Positions 8,130 through 18,000 of a DNA stretch of 33,182 nt are shown piece after piece (positions within the stretch are counted from its first letter, which is position 1; each line of letters opens with the position of its first letter). The position numbers and the translations under genes are program-made. The stretch comes from a virus. The notes below the pieces were generated by a model. It worked only from the letters and a program-made list of their open reading frames with translations, had not been told where the DNA came from and did not search any database. The DNA lies in the IMG/VR virus record IMGVR_UViG_3300047157_000061. One strand, 5' to 3'.

Positions 8130-8753
8130 ATGGCAACAACAAAGATAGATATATGTGCAAGAGCATTAGTAATGATAGGAGCAAGTCCTATTAGTTCTTT
8201 TTCAGATGGCACTACAGAAAGTACAGTAGCGAGTAACTTGTACTTAGATACAATTAAAAATATGTTATCAAGTTATCGTTGGAGGTTTGCTAGTAAACAA
8301 GCACAGCTTTCAAAATTAACTGATACACCAGATCATAGATGGGATTCAGCATATCAATTACCCTCAGACTTAGTAGGATTACATGGTGTGTTTGTAAATG
8401 ATACACCTATTAAATTTGAAAGATATGGAGATATGGTCTATAATGATGCAGTATCAAGCGATAGTGTATATGCAGATTATACTTTTTATGATGAGTCAGC
8501 AACAAATCCTGAAGTATTTTTTCCACCATATTTTATATTCTCAGCAGAATTAGTACTAGCTTCTATATTTGCTTTTGCTGTAGCACAGAATACATCATTA
8601 TCAGATTCATTAGAAATTAAATCACAAAGGCAAATAGCTTTAGCTAAAAACTTAGATGCACAACAAAGAACATCCAGTAGGTTACGTACTACTAGATTCA
8701 CTAATACTCGTAACTCAACAGGACTTGGTAATATTACTGGAACTGTGGAGTAA
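8130..8753 (+). CDS. Tail tubular protein A / head-tail adaptor (T7 gp11-like)
   Basis: 207 aa. The N-terminal pattern IDICARALVMIGASPISSFSDGTTES...YRWRF resembles the gp11-type N-terminus as I recall it. It sits directly before a gp12-sized gene. Confidence 0.55.
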   Translation: MATTKIDICARALVMIGASPISSFSDGTTESTVASNLYLDTIKNMLSSYRWRFASKQAQLSKLTDTPDHRWDSAYQLPSDLVGLHGVFVNDTPIKFERYGDMVYNDAVSSDSVYADYTFYDESATNPEVFFPPYFIFSAELVLASIFAFAVAQNTSLSDSLEIKSQRQIALAKNLDAQQRTSSRLRTTRFTNTRNSTGLGNITGTVE

Positions 8754-8755
8754 GT

Positions 8756-10942
8756 GTGGCAAAAACTAGAGCAATACTAAGACAATTAAAAACAACTTTT
8801 CAGGCTGGTGAATTAGATCCTATGATGAACTTGCGTAGTGATACTTCTGCCTATACAAATGGAGCAAAGAAAATGCAAAATGTATCTTTGTTTTCACAAG
8901 GTGGTTTTAAAAGACGTAATGGTACAAAACGATATGCAAGTTTACCTGGCAATGCTAGACTAGTAGGTTTTGATTTTGATGATAATGAACAGTATATATG
9001 TGCATTTAGTAATACAAGAGTAGATATATATTATTTAGGAAACGATAGTTTAACGCAAACTATTACATCATGTCCTTGGGGAACATCTATTTTATTTGAA
9101 ATGCAATTTACACAAGCTGGTGATACTATGATAATTACACATCCTAGTATGGCAACACAAGTTATAACAAGAACAAGTCTTACAGCATTTAGTAGATCTA
9201 ACTTTGCTTTTGATACTGATACAGAAAATGTATACCAACCATATTATAAATTTGCATCTAGTGCAGTAACATTATCATCAAGTGGTACTACAGGATCAGT
9301 AACAATTACATCTAGTGCAGATCATTTTAATGCTGATTATGTAGGTTCTTATATTAAAATAGAAAATACTACTTTAGAAATTACAGGACACACAAATGCA
9401 ACTACAGTTACAGCTACAATAGAAGGCACACTGAAAAAAAAATTAATCAATGATCCTTTTACTACAGCAGTAGGTACAAAAACAATTACTGTAAATGATC
9501 CTTTACATGGATTAACAAATAATGCAAGTGTTACTATAGCTGGTGCTAATACAGTAGATACAATTACTGCTGGTAATATTAACGGAGCAAGAACCATAAC
9601 AGTATTAAATGAAGATAGTTATAGTTTTACTGCTGGTGGATCTACTAATGCAGATAATACTGATGCTGGTGGTGGAACTGCTGTATTTATTACAAGTCCA
9701 AATCAAGCAAATACAGAATGGCAAGAACAAGTTTTTAGCACAGTAAGAGGTTATCCAGCTTCAGCAACATTTCATGATGGTAGGCTGTGGTTTGGTGGTT
9801 CATCTAGTTTACCAGATTGGTTATGGGCATCTAAAGTAGATCAGTATTTTAATTTTGATCTTGGTGAATCAGATGATGCAGATAGCATACAATCTTCTAT
9901 TGGTGCATCACAAGTAGCTGACATAAGACATTTACAATCTAATAGACACTTACTTATATTTACAGCTAATGGAGAATTTTTTGCTCCACAAGCTACACAA
10001 TCTGTTTTAACTCCTAGTAATTTTACAGCACGTAGACAAACTACACATGGATGTAGTCATGTAAATATAAAAACATTAGAAGGTGGTGCTTTATTTGTAC
10101 AAAAGCATGGTAGAGCAGTAAGAGAATTATTATTTACAGATTTAGAATTATCTTACTCAGCTACAAACATTAGTGTATTAGCTAGTCATTTAATAAATAC
10201 TCCAATAGATATGACTATATTACAAGGTACAGCAGAACGACCAGAATCTTATGCAATATTTATAAACACAGATGGTACTGCTGGTGTGTTTCATGCAGTT
10301 CGTTCTGAAAAATTAGCTGGTTGGACAGAATGGAAAACAACAACAGGTGCTACATTTAAAAGTATAGAAGCAGTAGGAAGTAGATTATTCTTTACAGTAT
10401 ATAGGAATTCAACTTATTATATAGAAGAAATGGGAACAGAAGAAAATACATTAGATCATTCAAGTACTTTTACAATAGGAAGTGCTGGTACTACATTTAC
10501 AGGACTAAGTAATTATGCTAGTAAAACTGTAAATGTACGTAGTGGTGATTATCATATGGGTACATTTGCAGTAACTAGTGGTGGTGTATTAGAACTGTCT
10601 TCTGGATTTGATACTACAACTATTACAGTAGGATATGATTATGATGTAGAAGTAGAAACTATGCCAGTAGAAACAGTAGTAACAACTGGTTCTTTACAAG
10701 GTAAACCTAAAAGAATTAGTAAAGTAGTATTAGGTTTAAACTCTGCATTAGCTACTACTATATCAAATAACAAACTTACACTTAGACAAGTAACAGATGA
10801 TTTATCAAATGCACCTACACCAATAACAGGTAAAAGAGATTTCTATTTGTTAGGTTATAATAAAGATGCGACAGTTAGTATAACACAATCAGATCCTTTA
10901 CCAGTAAGAATAACAGGATTAATTATGGAGTATATGTTTTAA
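8756..10942 (+). CDS. Tail tubular protein B / nozzle (T7 gp12-like)
   Basis: 728 aa with a GTG start 5 nt after GGAG. It is Thr/Ser/Gly-rich and looks beta-rich. The position is syntenic with T7 gp12. Confidence 0.6.
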   Translation: MAKTRAILRQLKTTFQAGELDPMMNLRSDTSAYTNGAKKMQNVSLFSQGGFKRRNGTKRYASLPGNARLVGFDFDDNEQYICAFSNTRVDIYYLGNDSLTQTITSCPWGTSILFEMQFTQAGDTMIITHPSMATQVITRTSLTAFSRSNFAFDTDTENVYQPYYKFASSAVTLSSSGTTGSVTITSSADHFNADYVGSYIKIENTTLEITGHTNATTVTATIEGTLKKKLINDPFTTAVGTKTITVNDPLHGLTNNASVTIAGANTVDTITAGNINGARTITVLNEDSYSFTAGGSTNADNTDAGGGTAVFITSPNQANTEWQEQVFSTVRGYPASATFHDGRLWFGGSSSLPDWLWASKVDQYFNFDLGESDDADSIQSSIGASQVADIRHLQSNRHLLIFTANGEFFAPQATQSVLTPSNFTARRQTTHGCSHVNIKTLEGGALFVQKHGRAVRELLFTDLELSYSATNISVLASHLINTPIDMTILQGTAERPESYAIFINTDGTAGVFHAVRSEKLAGWTEWKTTTGATFKSIEAVGSRLFFTVYRNSTYYIEEMGTEENTLDHSSTFTIGSAGTTFTGLSNYASKTVNVRSGDYHMGTFAVTSGGVLELSSGFDTTTITVGYDYDVEVETMPVETVVTTGSLQGKPKRISKVVLGLNSALATTISNNKLTLRQVTDDLSNAPTPITGKRDFYLLGYNKDATVSITQSDPLPVRITGLIMEYMF

Positions 10943-11550
10943 TGTGTGACCCAGTATCAGCGGCAGTAGCGGCAACAGCAATAACTGCTGGCTCTCAAAT
11001 ATATCAAGGAAAAGTTCAAGCAAGAATGGCAGAAAACAGTAATGCTTTGATGAAGTTTCAAACATCTGAACAAATTACTGAAGTAAAAGAACAAAAAAGA
11101 ATAAATGCAATTCAAGCTAGAGAAGAAGAAATAGAAAGAAGAAGACTGCTAGAACAAGATTTATCAGCTTTAACTGCTTATAATCGAGGTTTTGCTTCAT
11201 CAAGTAAAGACAATATTAAATCAACTGCACAAGAATTATTTGGAGCAGATGTAGCAACTAATAGATTTAATTTAACTATAGCTAATACACAAGCTGATAG
11301 ACAAATAGGTGTATTAACTGCTCAAGGAAATATGCCTAGTTATGCTAGTTCTATAAGAACTGCATCCTACATAAATGCAACAGCTACAGCTTTTAGTGGA
11401 TATAGTAATTATCTATCTGTTAAAACTCCAACACCTACTAAACCTACAGTTACAAGTAGTTACACTCCTGGTGGTGTTACAAATGTAGCTAGTCGTGGAC
11501 CAGGGAAAACAACAGGTTTTGCAAATAAAGGATATACATTTAAAGGATAA
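10942..11550 (+). CDS. Internal virion / ejection protein candidate (gp14 position)
   Basis: 202 aa with an ATGTG/TAATG-type overlap with the preceding gene. It has a hydrophobic N-terminus (MCDPVSAAVAATAITAG) followed by a coiled-coil-like segment. The call rests on position only. Confidence 0.4.
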   Translation: MCDPVSAAVAATAITAGSQIYQGKVQARMAENSNALMKFQTSEQITEVKEQKRINAIQAREEEIERRRLLEQDLSALTAYNRGFASSSKDNIKSTAQELFGADVATNRFNLTIANTQADRQIGVLTAQGNMPSYASSIRTASYINATATAFSGYSNYLSVKTPTPTKPTVTSSYTPGGVTNVASRGPGKTTGFANKGYTFKG

Positions 11551-11552
11551 TA

Positions 11553-14500
11553 ATGGTAACAAGATATAAAGATACAAGAAGAATAAGAACAGCAGATAAA
11601 CCAAAGGTAAACTATAATATATCTATAGATACTACTGGTCAAGAATCTATAGCTAAATCTTTAATACAAGCTAGCCAAACTATAAGTAATGTATATATGC
11701 AAAAAGCAAAAGAAAATGCATTAAGGCAAGCACAACTAGATCAAAGTCAAGCACCGATAGAAATGATTGATGGAGTTCCTCAGTATAAAGAAATGTCAGA
11801 AGGAGGAACTATATACAATGATGCTTACAATCAAGCATCAAGAGTAGCTTATGAAAATTCTTTAGAAAATTCTGTTACTTCTAAAATTAATAGAATAAAA
11901 AAAGAATTTTATGAAGATCCAATAAAAAGACAAGATGTAAATAATTTAGCTAGTATGTTAGATAATGAATTAGCACCAATGAGAGATAATGTTTCTCCTC
12001 AATTTTTAAACAAATTTGATATTATAGTTGGAGATAAAGTAAATCCTTTATTATCTAGTGTTACAAAAGAAAATGCAAATTTAGCTAGAAGCAATAAAGT
12101 ATCTGCATTAACACAACAAAATAAAAGATTAGAAAGTGAATTAATGGCAATGTTACCTGTAAGAGATAAAAATGGTAAATTAATATTATCTGATAAATAT
12201 TATCAGAAAAGAGAAGAATTAAAACAAAATATTATTACCACTAATATGATATCTAATGGTACGTATTCTATTGAAAATATAAATCAAATAGATGCAAATT
12301 TATTAGGATTTGTTGAATATAATAAACTAGCATATAAACTTAACGAAACAAATGAATTAGGAGAACCTAAAGTAACAATAGGTCAATTAGATACAATAAG
12401 ACAAATTTTAAATGGTGATCCTAATAAAAAAGTAGTACTTGATGATGGAACTATTTTTGACAAAAAGAATGTAGATAAATTATATCCATCAAATGAAATA
12501 AAAAATTCAGTAAGAGAAAAATTTAATACTTATTATAATCAAAGATTAAGAGGAGATACATCATATGGTAATGCTGTAACTGAAATGGATAATATAGTAA
12601 CAGAATATAATATTTTAATTGATGAAAAAAAATTATCTATTGATGAAATAAGAGAACAAAATAAAATTTTTGAAGGTAAGATAAATGATATTGAAGGTGG
12701 CGATAGTATTAAACAAAAGGCACAACTTAATCAAGCAAAAAATAAAGCTATAAATATAATTAAAAGTAAAACGTCAAGTATAACTTCAGACATAAATGAA
12801 AATAATTATAAAAGTAATTTAAAAAATGTAGCTAAAGATGTACAAATAAATTTAGGAACAGATTATAATTCTTTTCAAGAAGCAGTAAAGAATTATATAC
12901 TATTAGATTCTGACTCTACTGAAGCTAAACAATTACAAACAGTAAATGAACAAACTTTTGAAACAACAAAAAAATTTATTACTGAAGCATCAGTGCAAAA
13001 TGTAGATATAATACAAGAATTAATAGAAATAGTAGAAGGTAACAAAACATTAGTACCAGGAGAAATACTAGGTCATACAAGAAAAGATTTATATAATAAA
13101 TTAAAGCCACTTAAACCATTTATTTTAAATGAATTAAAAGCATTTAAATCTACAAATAAACAACCAAGTGCTAGATCTATATCAAATAAAAAAATAATAA
13201 GTAATATTACAGCTAGTGAACCAAATAGGTTATCTGCATTAAGTACTTCAAGTAGTGATGTAAATAATTTAATAAATGATTTAATAAGCGACAATGAAGT
13301 ATCAAATACAGATATAGAAGTATTTACAAAGTTAATAGAAAATGGTTATAAAGCTACTCAATTAGGTGTAATAATAAAAGATACACTAGCTACAGGCAAT
13401 GTAGATAATTTAAATAAAATAGTAGTTCCTTTAATAGATGCAATAGATAAAGCAAAACAGCCATTAGAAAAAATAAATTTAAGTAATGTAAATTATGGTT
13501 TTGTAAAATCATTTATGACTGTTAGTCCAAATCAAAGACAAGATGTAATGACAGCATATGTTAATTTTAAATCGGATAAAACTAGTGATAGAATTAAATT
13601 GCAATTAGCTACTATATTTAATGAATTTAATGATACACCTTCAGATTTAGCAAATGTAGTAAAAAAAAGTGAGAATAAAGTTTTTCAAGATGTAGTAGCA
13701 GAAGTATACAATGATTTATTTAATAAAATAGATGAAGAAAAAAGACATAAATTAAAAGATGCTATAGAAAAACAATTACATTTTACTTTATTTAATAATG
13801 TTTTAAGAAATGAAACTATTGAAATAAAAAAAAATGATTTTAAAAATGAAATAAAGGATATATTAGAAATAACTACAGATGGTGATATGCCATCTTATAA
13901 ATTAAATGATGATGCAGTTACTAATGTAAATGAAGATTTTACTTATACACATAATGTAATTACAAATAATCAAGGAGAACAAATAGAAGCTGATATTAAC
14001 AATCCATATGCACCAATAATAAAATCTGCTGAAAGATTCGGTGAGTATTTTGGTTCAGATAGATTTCATTTTGGTGCTATACTTACAACATTAAATGTAT
14101 ATCAACAAATAAAAGAACAAAATGGAACTATAAATTTAAGTGAAGCTGGTAGAAAACAAAACACTTGGAAAGGTAAACTTTCAGAAATAAGTAGAGGTAT
14201 AGGTATAAATAAAGTAAAAGAAGAAACTGCTTTTGAAGGGATAGTAGGAGATGTAATAGGAAATCAAACAGAAAATAATAACATGGTTGATGCTTTTACT
14301 ATAGATGGTATGCCAGTATTACCAGAAAATTTAAAATATGTATCTAATCCAAACTTAGCAAGTAATGAAAGATATGTAAAAGTAACTTTTAGAACAGATG
14401 GACAAGATGAAGTTTTACCTATAATGAATAACAACAATGAACCAATAGTTATTACAATACCTGAAAATAAATCTGATATATTAAGGTATACTTCAAATCA

Positions 14501-15017
14501 ATATTCATTTGAAAAAGAAAGAATACTAAATGTAAACCCTGAAAAAGCTAAGTTTATACAAGAAAACATAGATATGCTAAATACTAATTCTGGTGCAAAT
14601 AATATAGCATTAAATATTGATAACGCAAAAATAGTTAATAAAAAATTAAATCCAGTAAAAAAATTATTACCATTATCAAATAATAAATATGGAGATATTT
14701 TAGTAAAAGAAAGAAATATTATAAATCATAATAGGTCATTTTATACATTATCTATAGAAGCAAATGAAAGTTTTAATGAATCTTATTCTGATTATATAAT
14801 AGAAAAAAATAATAAGTTTTACATACTACCTAGTAGAGAAATACAAAAAGTAGAAGATACAAATATATATAAAATATTTCCTATAAGTGAAAAAGAATCT
14901 TTAAAAAAATATTTTAATATAAATAAAATGCCAGTATATGATTCTAAAGAACAAGCTAATGAAGGTTTGAAAAGAATTAATAGAGTTAAAATGGAAGATA
15001 AAAAACTTATACAATGA
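11553..15017 (+). CDS. Large internal virion / ejection protein candidate (gp15 position)
   Basis: 1154-aa uninterrupted ORF, extremely Asn/Lys/Ile/Glu-rich. It is syntenic with podovirus internal core proteins. Confidence 0.5.
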   Translation: MVTRYKDTRRIRTADKPKVNYNISIDTTGQESIAKSLIQASQTISNVYMQKAKENALRQAQLDQSQAPIEMIDGVPQYKEMSEGGTIYNDAYNQASRVAYENSLENSVTSKINRIKKEFYEDPIKRQDVNNLASMLDNELAPMRDNVSPQFLNKFDIIVGDKVNPLLSSVTKENANLARSNKVSALTQQNKRLESELMAMLPVRDKNGKLILSDKYYQKREELKQNIITTNMISNGTYSIENINQIDANLLGFVEYNKLAYKLNETNELGEPKVTIGQLDTIRQILNGDPNKKVVLDDGTIFDKKNVDKLYPSNEIKNSVREKFNTYYNQRLRGDTSYGNAVTEMDNIVTEYNILIDEKKLSIDEIREQNKIFEGKINDIEGGDSIKQKAQLNQAKNKAINIIKSKTSSITSDINENNYKSNLKNVAKDVQINLGTDYNSFQEAVKNYILLDSDSTEAKQLQTVNEQTFETTKKFITEASVQNVDIIQELIEIVEGNKTLVPGEILGHTRKDLYNKLKPLKPFILNELKAFKSTNKQPSARSISNKKIISNITASEPNRLSALSTSSSDVNNLINDLISDNEVSNTDIEVFTKLIENGYKATQLGVIIKDTLATGNVDNLNKIVVPLIDAIDKAKQPLEKINLSNVNYGFVKSFMTVSPNQRQDVMTAYVNFKSDKTSDRIKLQLATIFNEFNDTPSDLANVVKKSENKVFQDVVAEVYNDLFNKIDEEKRHKLKDAIEKQLHFTLFNNVLRNETIEIKKNDFKNEIKDILEITTDGDMPSYKLNDDAVTNVNEDFTYTHNVITNNQGEQIEADINNPYAPIIKSAERFGEYFGSDRFHFGAILTTLNVYQQIKEQNGTINLSEAGRKQNTWKGKLSEISRGIGINKVKEETAFEGIVGDVIGNQTENNNMVDAFTIDGMPVLPENLKYVSNPNLASNERYVKVTFRTDGQDEVLPIMNNNNEPIVITIPENKSDILRYTSNQYSFEKERILNVNPEKAKFIQENIDMLNTNSGANNIALNIDNAKIVNKKLNPVKKLLPLSNNKYGDILVKERNIINHNRSFYTLSIEANESFNESYSDYIIEKNNKFYILPSREIQKVEDTNIYKIFPISEKESLKKYFNINKMPVYDSKEQANEGLKRINRVKMEDKKLIQ

Positions 15018-18000
15018 AATTAAGTCCTAGAAAAAATTTAACATTTAATGCAATACCAGAAAACCCTCCCAGTTTTTGGGAAAATGTAGCCAATGAATAT
15101 AGGTATAGTTATTTACCATCTGTTCATGCAATAAAACAATTAGCTATAGGAAAACCAGATCCAAATTTTACAGTTACTAATGATATGTTAGTTGATGAAC
15201 CATCAGAATTAATTGATGAATTGATTAATTCTAAAAGTCAACAAGAGTATGATTATCATAAAAACTTATACAAACGTATGAGTAATTTAAAAAATACAAT
15301 GGGAGTTCATGGTGGATTTGGTTCAGCTTTATTTTCTGGTATATTAAGACCTGAAAATTTAATACCATTACCTGGAGCATTAGGTGTAGGTTTTGCAAAA
15401 GGAGCATTAAGAGTAGGTGCTGGATCTGCTGGTATTACTGCTGGAACAGAAATAATAAGAGCTCCATCAGATCCTACATATCAACCAACAGAAAGTGTAT
15501 TTGCTATAGGTGGTTCTGCTTTTTTTGGTGGGTTATTAGGTGGTGCTATAGGTAAAGTAACAGCTAATAGAATAGGTAAAAATATATCTAATGCTACAGC
15601 TTACGATAATGGACAAGATGCTGTAACAAAAAAAGTAAAGGTTAAAGGTAAAGCACCTAATGATAAAATGGCAAAAGAAGTTACTACACCAGTAATGAAT
15701 ATAGAACCTAACACTATCTTAAAAGAAGAAGGAGTAATTCCAGTAGAAGAAGACCCTAGATTAAATGCTCAATTAGATACAGGTTATCAAAAAACAGGAG
15801 TTGGATATGAATTTTTTACAAGAGGTTCTACTTTAGGAAATTTATTACACAGAACAAATAGTCAATTAATGGAAGATTGGGTTATCTCAGTAGTAGGAGA
15901 TGCTGGTGCTAATACAAAAAAGGTTGCTAGAGGTGGAGTTCCTTTTACAAGAGGTACGGTAAATTTAAATCGTGGACCATGGTATGGAGCATCTTATGGT
16001 TATATAGAAGACATGAGAGATATATGGTTAAAAAGTAAAGGTATACAAAGTCCAAGAATAGTTGGCACTCAAAATTTATCTTTTACTGCTGAAAATATAA
16101 GAACAAAAATAAACAAAGCAGAATCATTTGAAGAATATACAGAGAGAGTAACTAAAGCAAATATAAAAGCATCTTATTTTGGTAATGATGATGTAATAGC
16201 AAATGAACCTAAATATGTATTAGATGGTGTAAGGCTTACTAGATCATTAAATGAGAGAACATTACAAGAAGGGCAAGATGCTGGTTTAATGAATACTAGT
16301 AAAAATTTAAATACAAAAATGGATGCTTTAGCAAAATTTTCTGGAGATAGAGTTTCTAAATTAGAGCAATTAAAATCACAAATACCTAAAACAACTAAAC
16401 CACAAACATTAAAATTGCTTATTCGTAATGAAGAAGAAGCATTAGAAAATTCTTTAAGAGAAATGCATATCTTAGAAAGATTTAGTTTTTCATTAATAAG
16501 AACAGAAAAAAAACTGTATGGTGCTTTAGATGAAGTATTAGAAAAAATAGATACAGATGATAGATTAACTGAAACTTATACAGATATTATGAATAAAATG
16601 TCTAAGAAAGCTGGAGATAGAGAAAAATTTTATAAACAATTATCAGAAAAAATACAGCTATCACAAATACAAAGACAAGAAAGAGATTTAAAAATATTTG
16701 TAGAATTAAGAAAACAATTTGAAGAAAGTGGTTTATCTGATGATGCTATGAAATATATGGAAATATTAGATGATCGTATAAATAATCATAAATATACACC
16801 TAAGCAACAAAAAATATTAGATGAATATGCTATATTAAAAAAAGATAAACAAGCTGGGTTTTCAAAAAAACAAAAAGATTTTTATAAAAAAATGGAAACA
16901 CAATTAAAAGAACCATTAGAATTTAATGTAAGAGCTTCTATTAATTCTCTTAAAGATTCTATTAAATCTATTAATAAAGATTTTACAAGACCTGCTGGAG
17001 AAAATCATTATACTATGCGTAAGTATATGACAGATACTATTATAGATAAAAGAGATGCATTTCATAATGAAGTAATAATACCATATATAATGGAAAATCC
17101 ATCAGGTAAATTAGCAAAATTAATAGATTTACAACAAAATGGACAAGAACTTATAGAACCAGCAACTGAAGAATTAGCCGAAAATTCTTTACTTACAAGA
17201 TTAGATTTACCAAAAGAATATTTTAAATTAATTAAAAGTAAAAAAACATTAGATAGACAAGTAGATGATATTATTAAATTTAATAATAAAAATATCTATA
17301 TATTAGAAGATGGTAGATATTATTTTTATAGAGAAAAAGATTTTGGAAGTTTTGCAGATAGATTTGGCAAAGAAAATTTAGATATAGATACTGCACCACT
17401 TGTAGCAAAAAGTGGTTTATATAAAAAAAGAATAAAGGGAACTACTTATGATGCTTTTAAATATAATTCTAATGAACTAGGAGATAATATAAGTAGACAG
17501 CAGTTAAATATGTTAGCTAGGCAAGCAAGATATATAGATAAAAAATACAAAGGAAAAATACCTAATGAAATTTATGAAGAATTAATCGTATTTAGTAATA
17601 AAAGAAAAGCATCTAATGTAATGCAATTCTTTGATAGAACTACTAAAAAGAAAAATTTTCAAACTAAATTAGATGATGGAACAGGTTTACCTTTACCTTT
17701 TTCTATAGGAAAAAAAACAAAAACATTATTAGGTTTTGAAGATGGATCGTTAGCTAAAACAACAGTAACAGATGAAATGATAAAAAAACAAGCAGATATA
17801 CAAGCCACCAAAATAATAAATAAAATTATTGGAGAAGGTGATGCTCAAGACTATGATGGTATTGCTGGTAGAGGGTTACAAAAATTTGTTATGCACAGGA
17901 ATTTTAATATACCTAATTATTTTTTATTAAAAGAACATAATGGTATAGCAGATTTTATAGATACTAATGGTGCAGATTTAATGAGAACATATTTAAATAA

